Shown here: piece after piece, positions 19,778 to 28,702 of the stretch
Layout of the letters: every line of letters begins with the position of its first letter
Position numbering within the stretch: the stretch's first letter is position 1
Made by a program: the position numbers and the translations under genes
Notes under the pieces: model-generated
The model's database searches: none
Told to the model about the DNA's origin: nothing
What the model saw: the letters and a program-made list of their open reading frames with translations, nothing else
Origin: Desulfurivibrionaceae bacterium
Lineage (GTDB): Bacteria > Desulfobacterota > Desulfobulbia > Desulfobulbales > Desulfurivibrionaceae
Length of the DNA stretch: 58,795 nt
Assembly (NCBI GenBank): GCA_041662645.1
Contig: JBAZSA010000001.1
Location: forward strand, 1-58,795
Direction of reading: 5' to 3'

Positions 19778-20692
19778 ATGCCATATTCCTTGCAGGATCT
19801 GCTCCCTCAATTCAGCCGCTGGCTTTCCGTGGAAAAGGGGTATTCCCTCAAAACCGTTGAGAGCTATGGGCGTGATCTTGCCGAATTTGCATCGTTTATC
19901 GGCTCTGCTCAGGATGTGCGCCGGATCGAGCCCCGTGCCGTCCGCTCCTATGTCTATGCCCTAAACGGTAAAAACAAGGGCACTTCCGTGGCCAGGAAGC
20001 TTTCGGCGCTGCGCACCTTTTTCCGCCATCTCCTCCGCGAGAAGATTATCACCCATGACCCTGTCGCGCCCATTGCCACGCCGAAAATGGAAAAACACAT
20101 GCCTGTTTTTCTCACGGTGGACGAGGTTTTTACCCTGCTGGAGATGCCGGATACCCAAGATGCCTTTGCCTTCCGGGACCGGGCGATTCTTGAGATCCTC
20201 TATTCCACCGGGCTGCGGGTTGCCGAACTTGCGGCCCTTGATCTGGAGCGCCTTGACGCGGAAGAGGGGATGCTTAGAGTTACCGGCAAGGGCAACCGGG
20301 AACGGTTGGTGCCGGTGGGCACTCCCGCCTTGGAAGCACTGAGCCGATATCTGCCCCAGCGGACCCTGCTGATCCGCGAACGGATCGGCCGCGGGGATGC
20401 GCCGGAAAACAAGGCGGTTTTTTTGAACCACCGGGGGCTGCGGCTCACCACCCGCAGCATCGAACGGCTGGTGAAATTCTATGCCCTGCGGGCCGGGATC
20501 GCCGCCCGGGTAACGCCCCATGCCCTGCGCCATTCCTTTGCCACCCATCTTCTGGAGATGGGGGCGGACCTGCGCACGGTGCAGGAATTGCTGGGGCATG
20601 TCAGTCTGTCAACCACCCAGCGGTACACCCATCTGAACATGGATCACCTGAACGAGGTGTATGACCGGGCCCACCCCAAGGCGCGAATGTGA
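19778..20692 (+). CDS. xerC: Tyrosine recombinase XerC
   Basis: [39 protein letters not shown]; upstream of hslVU. Confidence 0.88.
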   Translation: MPYSLQDLLPQFSRWLSVEKGYSLKTVESYGRDLAEFASFIGSAQDVRRIEPRAVRSYVYALNGKNKGTSVARKLSALRTFFRHLLREKIITHDPVAPIATPKMEKHMPVFLTVDEVFTLLEMPDTQDAFAFRDRAILEILYSTGLRVAELAALDLERLDAEEGMLRVTGKGNRERLVPVGTPALEALSRYLPQRTLLIRERIGRGDAPENKAVFLNHRGLRLTTRSIERLVKFYALRAGIAARVTPHALRHSFATHLLEMGADLRTVQELLGHVSLSTTQRYTHLNMDHLNEVYDRAHPKARM

Positions 20693-20827
20693 GGAACGGT
20701 CCAGCACCACCACATCTGCTTCGCCGCTACGCTGCTGTCATCGGCCTGCTCATGTGCAATAGCACACTTCGCAGGCCTCTTCCGCGCATCTGTGGCAGCA
20801 GCGAAGCGGCGCTGCTGAACCGTTTCT
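20693..20827. repeat. Long nested palindromic intergenic element (REP/MITE-like or structured RNA)
   Basis: Nested pairs GAACGG/CCGTTT, CAGC/GCTG, CGCCGCT/AGCGGCG, CGCTGCTG/CAGCAGCG, GGCCTGC/GCAGGCC, GTGC/GCAC. Confidence 0.6.
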
Positions 20828-20887
20828 GCTACAGGCGGAATGTTACAAGGAAGGCATCAACAATATCTCCATCAGGAGGAGCAAATT

Positions 20888-21427
20888 GTGAAAATCAGAT
20901 CGACCACAATCATTGCCGTCCGGCACAGGGGTGAAGTGGCCCTGGCCGGGGACGGCCAGGTATCGCTGGGCAATACCATCATGAAGCATGAGGCGCGCAA
21001 GGTTCGCCGTCTCTATGAAGGCAAGGTCATCACCGGCTTTGCCGGGGCCACGGCCGATGCCTTTACCCTGTTCGACCGGCTGGAGCAGAAGCTTGAGCAG
21101 TACAACGGCAACCTGATGCGGGCTGCGGTGGAACTGGCCAAGGATTGGCGCACCGACAAGATGCTCCGCAAGCTTGAGGCCTTCCTGGTGGCGGTGGACA
21201 AGCACCATTCCCTGCTCCTCTCCGGCACCGGCGATGTGATCGAGCCGGACGACGGCATCCTGGCCATCGGCTCTGGCGGGCCATACGCCCAGGCCGCGGC
21301 CAAGGCCCTGGTGGCGAACAGCGAGCTTTCCGCCGAGGAGATCTGTAGGGAGGCGATGCGGATCGCCGCCTCCATCTGCGTTTTTACCAACGACCGTATT
21401 GTTGTGGAAAAGATGGCTGCCGAATAA
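20888..21427 (+). CDS. hslV: ATP-dependent protease subunit HslV
   Basis: GTG start after AGGAGG; catalytic [17 protein letters not shown]. Confidence 0.96.
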   Translation: MKIRSTTIIAVRHRGEVALAGDGQVSLGNTIMKHEARKVRRLYEGKVITGFAGATADAFTLFDRLEQKLEQYNGNLMRAAVELAKDWRTDKMLRKLEAFLVAVDKHHSLLLSGTGDVIEPDDGILAIGSGGPYAQAAAKALVANSELSAEEICREAMRIAASICVFTNDRIVVEKMAAE

Positions 21428-21445
21428 ATAAAGGAAGATTTCGAG

Positions 21446-22837
21446 ATGGAACCCATGAACACCCTGACCCCCAGACAAACCGTGGCCGAACTGGACCGCT
21501 ACATCATCGGCCAGGACGCGGCCAAGAAATCCGTGGCCATTGCCCTGCGCAACCGCTGGCGGCGCCAGCAGGTGCCTCTGCCCCTGCGCGAGGAGATTGC
21601 GCCCAAGAATATCATCATGATCGGTCCCACCGGGGTCGGCAAAACCGAGATCGCCCGGCGCCTTGCCAGTCTGGCCCAGTCTCCCTTCCTCAAGGTCGAG
21701 GCCTCCAAGTTCACTGAGGTGGGCTATGTGGGGAGGGATGTGGAATCCATGATCCGCGATCTGCTCGATCTGGCCATCAACATGGTGCGCGAGGAAGCGC
21801 GGGAGCAGGTGACGCAGAAGGCGGCGGAGCAGGCGCAAGAGCGGATGCTCGACCTGCTGGTGCCGCCGCGTCCGGCTCCCTTGGGCCAGGTCACGCCCAT
21901 GGCCGAGAGAACAGGCGATGGCGGGAGACCAGGGGAACCGGTTGATTCCACCAGGGAAAAATTCCGGCAGATGCTCAAGGACGGCAAGCTTGACGAACGG
22001 CAGGTGGAGATGGAGATCGACCAGGCGCAAGCAATGCCCATGATCGAGATCCTCTCCCACGGTGGCAGCGGCCTGGATGACATGGAATCCGGGCTCAAGG
22101 ATGTGTTCGGCAAGATGTTCCCCAAGAAAACGCAGCGTCAGCAGATGGTGGTGAAAGACGCCATGGAGGTGCTCAAGAAACGCGAGGCCGAAAGGCTGAT
22201 CGACATGGCGAGCGTCACCCGGCTGGCCATCCAGCGCACCGAGCAGTCCGGGATCATCTTTCTCGATGAGATCGACAAGATCGCCTCGCGGCAGGGTGGC
22301 GGAGGTCATGGCCCCGAGGTCTCCCGTGAGGGCGTGCAGCGCGACCTGCTGCCCATTGTCGAAGGCTCCACCGTGACCACCAAGCACGGCATGGTCAAAA
22401 CCGATCATATCCTCTTTATCGCCAGCGGCGCCTTCCATCTCTGCAAGCCCTCGGATCTGGTGCCGGAGTTGCAGGGGCGCTTCCCCATCCGGGTTGAACT
22501 CAATGCCCTGGGGGAGGAGGAATTTTACCGGATCCTCACCGAACCGCAGAATGCCCTGATCAAACAGTACATCGCCCTCATGGCCACCGAAGGGATCGAT
22601 CTGGAGTTTGCCGAGGACGCCATCCGGGGTATGGCCAGAATCGCCGCCACGGTGAACCGGAAAACCGAGAATATCGGGGCCCGACGGCTGCACACCATTA
22701 TGGAGCGGTTGCTGGAGGAACTCTCCTTTGACGCCACCGACCGAGAGGAAAAGAAGTTTCTCGTTACAGCCGAGTATGTGAAAACACAGCTGCAGGATAT
22801 CTCCGAAGACGAGGATCTGAGCAGGTTTATTTTATAG
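21446..22837 (+). CDS. hslU: ATP-dependent protease ATPase HslU
   Basis: [36 protein letters not shown]-terminus; start may be 21455. Confidence 0.96.
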   Translation: MEPMNTLTPRQTVAELDRYIIGQDAAKKSVAIALRNRWRRQQVPLPLREEIAPKNIIMIGPTGVGKTEIARRLASLAQSPFLKVEASKFTEVGYVGRDVESMIRDLLDLAINMVREEAREQVTQKAAEQAQERMLDLLVPPRPAPLGQVTPMAERTGDGGRPGEPVDSTREKFRQMLKDGKLDERQVEMEIDQAQAMPMIEILSHGGSGLDDMESGLKDVFGKMFPKKTQRQQMVVKDAMEVLKKREAERLIDMASVTRLAIQRTEQSGIIFLDEIDKIASRQGGGGHGPEVSREGVQRDLLPIVEGSTVTTKHGMVKTDHILFIASGAFHLCKPSDLVPELQGRFPIRVELNALGEEEFYRILTEPQNALIKQYIALMATEGIDLEFAEDAIRGMARIAATVNRKTENIGARRLHTIMERLLEELSFDATDREEKKFLVTAEYVKTQLQDISEDEDLSRFIL

Positions 22838-22883
22838 CCATAAGCTGACAGCGTATGGCTTACCGCTTTGAGAGGGGACCAAA

Positions 22884-23402
22884 ATGATTGAACGCGATTT
22901 GAAATACTGCCCCAAGTGCCGGGACGAGTACCGGGCGGAGGCGGAAACCTGCGCGGCCTGCGCCATTGCCCTTGTCTGGGGGGCGGAGCTGGTTGTCATG
23001 GAAAACAATAATGGCGCTTCCCGGCGGACCCGGAAAGGACCCTTGACCCCGGATGACCAGCTGGTCGTTGTTTTTCAGGGTGCGCTTGGGGATCTCAAGC
23101 ACCTCAAGGATCTGCTGGAGGCGGACCGGATCGGCGCCATGATCAGCAAGGAGGGCGGGGGGTGCGCCAGTGGTGGTTGCGCGCCCAAGTTTGAACTTCA
23201 GGTCCGGCAGGAAGAGGTGCGGGATGCCTTGGAGGTGCTTGCCGAAGAGCATCGGCGGGCAACGGCCCTGGCCGAACACGACGCCACCCATGCCGGAGCG
23301 GTTTTCAACCCCGAGGCCGGGGAGGCGGTCTGCCCGGCCTGCGGCTTCGCCTTCGCCACCACCACCACGACCTGCCCGGACTGCGGGTTGTGTTTCGGGT
23401 GA
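22884..23402 (+). CDS. Zinc-ribbon-flanked DUF2007-like protein
   Basis: CPKC..CAAC at N-terminus, CPAC..CPDC at C-terminus, central DUF2007-like segment (LKDLLEADRI..LQVRQEE). Confidence 0.65.
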   Translation: MIERDLKYCPKCRDEYRAEAETCAACAIALVWGAELVVMENNNGASRRTRKGPLTPDDQLVVVFQGALGDLKHLKDLLEADRIGAMISKEGGGCASGGCAPKFELQVRQEEVRDALEVLAEEHRRATALAEHDATHAGAVFNPEAGEAVCPACGFAFATTTTTCPDCGLCFG

Positions 23403-23426
23403 AGAAGTTTATTGCGCCAGATTTTT

Positions 23427-24116
23427 TCAGCCCTTGCCCTTGTGCCCGGAAAAGACAGCGAAACGGTGGTGTTGGTACCAGCAGTGCACCGAACTGAAAC
23501 CTGCCTGTTGCAACCACTCCAACTGGGAGCTTAGAGGGGCCATTTTGTCCGCCTTCATCCGTTCCAGGGCCGCATTGAGGTCGGTCTCCGAGACCCCGAG
23601 ATCCCGTGTCTGCCGGAGCCAGGTTTCGTGGTACACCTGTTCGATGTCCGGCGTTGGTCCGAGGATTTGATCGGCGTTGATAAATCTGCCGCCATCGGGC
23701 AAGGCCTTGTAGATGTTCTTGAACAGCTTGATCTTGTCTGCATCCGAGAGATGATGGATGGACAGGGCCGAGATCACCACCTCGAATTGTCCTTCAATAC
23801 GGTCGGCGTAATCCCCAGCGATAAATTCCAGACGCTCCTCCATCCCGGCAAACCGTTCCCTGGCCTTGCCCAGCATCTCCGGGGAGATGTCCACCAGGGT
23901 GATCTTGGCCTTGGCAAACTTTCTGGCGACAAGGAACGAGAGCATTCCCGTGCCCGCGCCCAGGTCCAAGACCCGGAAGGTGGCCTGGGGCTGGTGCGGG
24001 ATCAGCGCCAGCGCCGTGGTGTAAAAATCATCGAAGCAGGGGATAAGTTGTCGGCGGGCGCGGTCGTAGGTCTGCGCTCCCTCGTCGAAAGCGGTTTTGA
24101 CCGCAGCCATGCTCAT
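23427..24116 (-). CDS. Class I SAM-dependent methyltransferase
   Basis: VLDLGAGTG, VDIS, SALSIHH, GGRFINAD. Confidence 0.88.
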   Translation of the reverse strand: MSMAAVKTAFDEGAQTYDRARRQLIPCFDDFYTTALALIPHQPQATFRVLDLGAGTGMLSFLVARKFAKAKITLVDISPEMLGKARERFAGMEERLEFIAGDYADRIEGQFEVVISALSIHHLSDADKIKLFKNIYKALPDGGRFINADQILGPTPDIEQVYHETWLRQTRDLGVSETDLNAALERMKADKMAPLSSQLEWLQQAGFSSVHCWYQHHRFAVFSGHKGKG

Positions 24117-24877
24117 TGTTGCGCCTGGCCGAGGACACTGTTGATGAGTTGCCCTGCCGCCTCTTCCACCTCCCCCAGCGCCCCGGTAATCGCCAACCCT
24201 GCCCGTTCGGTTTTCCGGATCGCGGCTGAGTCGGGGAAGCAGGCCAGGGGCGGTTCGCCGAGGGCCTCGGCCAGAAAGGCCCGGTCATCGTCATCTGCCA
24301 CCAGATTGCCCACAAAGGAGATGCGGGGGATGCCGGATTCCTCGGCGAGTTTCTTGATTTTGAGTGCGGTGCGCACCCCGGATTTTGAAGGAATCACCAC
24401 GATCAGCAGGTGATCCACCCCGGCGATGGTGCCGCGGCCCAGGTGTTCCACCCCGGCCTCCATGTCGAGCAGCACCACCTGGCTTGGGGCAAGCAGCAGC
24501 TTGGTGAGCATCCGTTTGAGTACGTTGCTTTCCGGGCAGGCGCAGCCTCCCTTGGCGGTCTGGATGGCGCCCAGGACCATGAGTTTGATCCCGTCCTTTT
24601 CCACGATGAAGCGGGCCAGCAGGTCGTCCACCTGGGGGTTGATGTTGTAGAAGGGCGAGCCGTCCACCTTGCCGGAGCGCTCGACCAGCAGATCCTTCAT
24701 CTCGGCGATGGGGGTGATCTTTTCGTCCTCGGCCAGGCCTAGGCTCTGGGCCATGTGCGGGCTGGGGTCCGCGTCGATGACCAGCACCTCTTTGCCCTGC
24801 TTCTGGAGATATTTGGCCAGCATGGCCATGATCGTGGTTTTGCCCACGCCGCCCTTGCCGCTGATTGCAATCTTCAT
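24113..24877 (-). CDS. cooC: CooC/AcsF-family nickel-insertion ATPase
   Basis: KIAISGKGGVGKTT, IDADP, GCACP metal motif, DMEAGVEHLGRG. Confidence 0.85.
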   Translation of the reverse strand: MKIAISGKGGVGKTTIMAMLAKYLQKQGKEVLVIDADPSPHMAQSLGLAEDEKITPIAEMKDLLVERSGKVDGSPFYNINPQVDDLLARFIVEKDGIKLMVLGAIQTAKGGCACPESNVLKRMLTKLLLAPSQVVLLDMEAGVEHLGRGTIAGVDHLLIVVIPSKSGVRTALKIKKLAEESGIPRISFVGNLVADDDDRAFLAEALGEPPLACFPDSAAIRKTERAGLAITGALGEVEEAAGQLINSVLGQAQQ

Positions 24878-25024
24878 CCCGGAATCCTTTCTCTTTTAAA
24901 TCATGTTACGCGTCTGTCGCCTTTTTGATGCACGAAGGCTCCAGGTTCGATTATATTCCATTGACTCTCAGGGCTAAGCCGTCGTTGCAAACTAACTTGA
25001 ACAATTATGATCCCGCGAACGGCA

Positions 25025-25080
25025 TAAGGAGCCGTAAGGGATTAGCCAGAATGTACAGGTTGTTTTGCAACGGCTCCTAA
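25025..25080. mobile_element. Possible minimal MITE/IS relic
   Basis: Terminal inverted repeats GGAGCCGT (25028-25035) and ACGGCTCC (25070-25077) flanked by TAA on both sides. Confidence 0.35.
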
Positions 25081-25152
25081 ACTAATCAGCCGTGGGCAAA
25101 GTGCAAAGAAAAAAATACCGGTCATTCCTCCATCCTCTGAAACGGGAGCACC

Positions 25153-26319
25153 ATGGTTACCCTTGGAATTGAGCATCTTGTAGCGTCCCCACCCGCGTAT
25201 CTTGCCGGCAAACGGCTGGCCCTGCTCTGCAATCAGGCTTCCACCGGCCGAGACCTGCGCCACAGCCGGGATCTGATCATGGCGGCCTTTCCGGGTCAGC
25301 TCACCTGCCTGTTCACCCCCCAGCACGGGTTTTTCGCGGAAAAGCAGGACAATATGATCGAGTCGGACCATATGACCGATCCGGTCAGCGGCTTGCCGGT
25401 GTTCAGCCTTTACGGCGAGGTGCGTCGTCCCACCGCGGCCATGTACGAGCATTTTGACGTGCTGCTTGTTGATATCGTCGATGTGGGCACCAGGGTGTAC
25501 ACCTTTCTCTACACCCTGGCCTACTGCATGGAGGAGGCGGCCCGCCATGGCAAGAAGGTGGTGGTGCTGGACCGGCCCAACCCCGTGGGCGGGGAGGCGG
25601 TCGAGGGCAATCTGTTGCAGGATGATTGCCGCTCCTTTGTCGGGCTGTACCCGCTGCCCATGCGCCATGGTCTCACCTTTGGCGAGCTGGCCCGGTTGCT
25701 CAACGTTGAGTACGGCATTGGCGCGGATCTTGAAGTGGTTACCATGCCGGGCTGGCAGCGGCGGATGCTCTTTGCCGACACCAAGCTGCCCTGGGTCTTC
25801 CCCTCGCCCAATATGCCGAATCCTACCACAGCCCTGGTCTATCCGGGCCAGGTGATCTTTGAAGGCACCAATATCTCCGAAGGCAGGGGAACCTCCTTGC
25901 CCTTTGAGCTGTTCGGCGCTCCGTTTCTCGACTGGCACACGGTTCTTGACAGCATCCAGGTGCTCCTGCCGGGTTGTTTTCTGCGCCCCCTGGCCTTTGA
26001 GCCCACGGCCAACAAATGGGCCGGCCAGCCTTGCAAGGGGTTTCAGCTCCATGTTGCCAATCCGACCGAATTTCTGCCCTATCGCACCTCCCTGGCCCTG
26101 TTGCAGGCCTTTATGCGCTGCTATCCGGAACAGTTTGCCCTCAAGGCTCCGCCTTACGAGTACGAATTCGAGCGGACCCCCCTTGACCTGATCCTGGGCG
26201 ACAGTAATCTCAGGCATCAACTGGCCGCAGGGGAGGACATCCTTGAGCTTGAGGAGGCCTGGCAACCGGGGATTGACGGTTTCCGCGAGAGCCGGGAAAA
26301 ATATTTCCTCTACCGATAG
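25153..26319 (+). CDS. namZ: Exo-beta-N-acetylmuramidase NamZ/YbbC (DUF1343) family
   Basis: FTPQHG, DVGTRVYT, VLDRPNP, RHGLTFGE, PSPNMP, SEGRGT. Confidence 0.82.
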   Translation: MVTLGIEHLVASPPAYLAGKRLALLCNQASTGRDLRHSRDLIMAAFPGQLTCLFTPQHGFFAEKQDNMIESDHMTDPVSGLPVFSLYGEVRRPTAAMYEHFDVLLVDIVDVGTRVYTFLYTLAYCMEEAARHGKKVVVLDRPNPVGGEAVEGNLLQDDCRSFVGLYPLPMRHGLTFGELARLLNVEYGIGADLEVVTMPGWQRRMLFADTKLPWVFPSPNMPNPTTALVYPGQVIFEGTNISEGRGTSLPFELFGAPFLDWHTVLDSIQVLLPGCFLRPLAFEPTANKWAGQPCKGFQLHVANPTEFLPYRTSLALLQAFMRCYPEQFALKAPPYEYEFERTPLDLILGDSNLRHQLAAGEDILELEEAWQPGIDGFRESREKYFLYR

Positions 26320-26340
26320 GGATCGCTTCCAGCACGCCAT

Positions 26341-27069
26341 ATGACCTCCGTGGATGTTCGGGATACCAGCCAATTCATCGCCAAGCTCTCCCCGTATTTT
26401 GTGGAGACCCCGGCGGAGTGCCCCTACGGCCTTGACCGTATTGCCGTCTACCATCAAGCGGGTTTCAGTTTCCTGCCCCCGGTCATCCTGGATGAGTTTC
26501 TTGCCGCCGGATACCGGCGCAACGGCAACATTATCTATGCCATGCGCTGTCCGGACTGTACGGCCTGCGTGCCCATCCGGCTTGAAACGGAAACCTTTCG
26601 TCCCTCCCGCAACATGCGCCGTGTCCGGCAGCGGAACCACGATCTGGATATTGAGGTGGGGCCGCTTGAGGTAACCCCGGAGAAGCTGCATCTGCTGGAT
26701 CGTTTTTTAAACAGCCGTTATCCCGGCCGGGCCAGCACGGCCCTGGATTATTACAGCGGTTTTTTTGTCAACTCCCTGGCCTCGAGCATGGAGATTTCCT
26801 TCCGCCTGTCCGGGCAGTTGATGGGGGTGTCCATTGTCGATCTGGCGGAACGCAGCCTGAGCGCGGTGTATTTCTATTTTGACCCCGCCTTTGAAAAACG
26901 AAGCCTGGGAACCTTCAATATCCTCTATCTGGCCGAGCTTGCCAGGCGAGAGCACTGTGACTATCTTTATCTTGGTTACTGGATAGAGCCGGTTGCTGCC
27001 ATGGCCTACAAGTCTCGATTCCGGCCCCATTCGCTGCTGATCAATGGAGAATGGGTGCAGGTTGATTGA
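26341..27069 (+). CDS. bpt: ATE1-like aminoacyl-tRNA-protein transferase (Bpt type)
   Basis: CPY, GYRRNG..CPDCTAC..R, SAVYFYFDP..SLG, YLYLGYW..MAYK. Confidence 0.8.
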   Translation: MTSVDVRDTSQFIAKLSPYFVETPAECPYGLDRIAVYHQAGFSFLPPVILDEFLAAGYRRNGNIIYAMRCPDCTACVPIRLETETFRPSRNMRRVRQRNHDLDIEVGPLEVTPEKLHLLDRFLNSRYPGRASTALDYYSGFFVNSLASSMEISFRLSGQLMGVSIVDLAERSLSAVYFYFDPAFEKRSLGTFNILYLAELARREHCDYLYLGYWIEPVAAMAYKSRFRPHSLLINGEWVQVD

Positions 27070-27084
27070 TGCACAAAGGAGCAG

Positions 27085-27855
27085 ATGATAATGTTTGGTT
27101 TTTTCCGGCCGGTAAAAAACAAGGATAGCAAGGGCGTTGCCTTGGCAGGACTCGATCCCCAAACCCAGCACCAGCAGGAGCGGGAACAGTTTCAGGAGGT
27201 GTTGCAATCCTTTAATGCCTCCCGCATTGAAGAGCGGCTCAAGGTGCTGGACATCTTTCTCTCCGTGGAAGAGCATTTGACCCTGACCGGGTTGGAGGGG
27301 ATCATCAGGGGGAAAAGGCCGGAACTCCTGGACCGGGAGTTTCTCAAGGAAACCATGGAGATGTTCTGCCAGTTCGGTTTTGCCCAAAAACAGCTGTTTG
27401 AAACCCAGGAGGTGGTCTACGAACACCACCACCTCGGCATGCACCACGACCATTTTATCTGCACCCGCTGCGGCAAGATTCAGGAGTTTGCCAACAGCGA
27501 CCTGGAAAGGCTCCAGCACGAAATCGCCCACCAGTTCCAGTTCCACCCGCTCCAGCATAAGATGGAGATCTACGGGCTCTGCGCCTCCTGCATGGCGCAG
27601 CGGGAACCGGCCCTCTCCCTGCAGTATGCCGCCAATGGAGAACGGGTGCGCATCGTCACGATTCTGGGCGGCCGGGAGGTGCAGTCCAGGCTTGGTGATA
27701 TGGGTCTTGCGGTGGGGGCATGCCTGGAGATTATCAGCAATCATTCCTCCGGCCCCCTTATCGTGGCAAGCAAGGGGACGCGGTTGGCCATCAATGCCGG
27801 GCTGGCCAAAAAGGTCATGGTGGCGCATGCCTGCCGGCATGCCGATGAGCCGTAA
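27085..27855 (+). CDS. Fur-family regulator fused to C-terminal FeoA domain
   Basis: HHDHFICTRCGKIQEF, YGLCASC; FeoA part RLGDMGL..G..LAINAGLAKKVMV. Confidence 0.85.
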   Translation: MIMFGFFRPVKNKDSKGVALAGLDPQTQHQQEREQFQEVLQSFNASRIEERLKVLDIFLSVEEHLTLTGLEGIIRGKRPELLDREFLKETMEMFCQFGFAQKQLFETQEVVYEHHHLGMHHDHFICTRCGKIQEFANSDLERLQHEIAHQFQFHPLQHKMEIYGLCASCMAQREPALSLQYAANGERVRIVTILGGREVQSRLGDMGLAVGACLEIISNHSSGPLIVASKGTRLAINAGLAKKVMVAHACRHADEP

Positions 27856-27880
27856 GGATTCATACCCCCCTCTACGTACG

Positions 27881-27914
27881 CCCCCTTGACATCCCTCTGA
27901 AGCTGTCCCATACT
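27881..27914 (+). promoter_or_regulatory. Promoter of the zinc-finger/hsp20/lon unit
   Basis: TTGACA (27886-27891)-17 nt-CATACT (27909-27914); context CCCTTGAC...CCCATACT also resembles RpoH promoters. Confidence 0.6.
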
Positions 27915-27989
27915 TTTTCTATACGCAACGAAGAATCATCGGCCGGTGAATCTGGCCGGGTTGTCTCCAATTTCAAAACGGGGAGGGGC

Positions 27990-28178
27990 ATGATGAACAG
28001 TACGGAGAAAAAGGTGTGTCCCGAGTGCAACGGCGAAAAAACGATCCAGGGAACCTGCGAATGCAACAGTGAGTGGCGCGGGTCCAAGGTTGGCGATGAA
28101 TGGGATGATTGCCAGTGCGTGCCGCAGGTGACATGCCCCGTGTGCAAGGGGACCGGGTTTGTCGAAAATCCCTCGTAA
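27990..28178 (+). CDS. Small Cys-rich zinc-finger-like protein
   Basis: 62 aa, 8 Cys (CxxC, CxC, CxC, CxxCxGxG), GGGAGG RBS. Confidence 0.75.
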   Translation: MMNSTEKKVCPECNGEKTIQGTCECNSEWRGSKVGDEWDDCQCVPQVTCPVCKGTGFVENPS

Positions 28179-28222
28179 ACGAGGCGTTCCGCGAAGTATT
28201 GGCGGATAAGGGAATAAAAATC

Positions 28223-28645
28223 ATGGATCATTCCAGAAAGAAACACCCGCCTGATCGAGTGCCCAAGGGACTGCCACGGAGCATGATGCTGCGAGGCGTG
28301 GGCTCCATGTTTCACGCCGGCAACTGGTTTCCTGCCGCGGATATGTATGAGACCGCATCGGCCATCGTCGTTTGCATTGATATCTCCGGAATGGAAGCTG
28401 ATACCCTTGCGGTGATGGTCGAGGAGTCGCGGGTCACTGTCTCCGGAAGGCGGGGGTACGAGCCGCAGGATATGGTGTCGCGCATCCACCAGTTGGAGAT
28501 CGAATGCGGTTTTTTCGAGCGCTCCATCCCCTTGCCGAAAGCCGTGGATGTTGCCAAGGCGGTCTCGGAAAGCAAAAACGGTTTTTTGCGGATTACTCTG
28601 CCGCTGCGGCGCAATACGGGAAAGATCAAGATTTCTGTTGGCTGA
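28223..28645 (+). CDS. Hsp20/alpha-crystallin small heat shock protein
   Basis: PAADMYET, DISG, VSGRR, GFFERSIPLP, NGFLRITLP. Confidence 0.88.
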   Translation: MDHSRKKHPPDRVPKGLPRSMMLRGVGSMFHAGNWFPAADMYETASAIVVCIDISGMEADTLAVMVEESRVTVSGRRGYEPQDMVSRIHQLEIECGFFERSIPLPKAVDVAKAVSESKNGFLRITLPLRRNTGKIKISVG

Positions 28646-28702
28646 GGCGGGCACTTACAGATCTTCCTTCACCTGAACAAACAACGATGCAGGCTGAAAA
28701 TT

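Noticed and set aside
19778-20692. Tyrosine recombinase as a sign of an integrated mobile element
   Set aside because: The xerC-hslV-hslU order is a conserved housekeeping arrangement; no att sites or cargo genes seen
20693-20827. 6S RNA or SRP RNA identity for the rod-like hairpin
   Set aside because: Shorter than typical 6S with no clear central bubble, and lacks the SRP GGAA tetraloop motif
20843-22693. 616-aa antisense ORF over hslVU (similar long shadows at 11820-13085, 25042-26691, 28739-29995, 47285-48370)
   Set aside because: They lie opposite well-supported genes, show no recognisable motifs, and are expected from GC-rich codon bias
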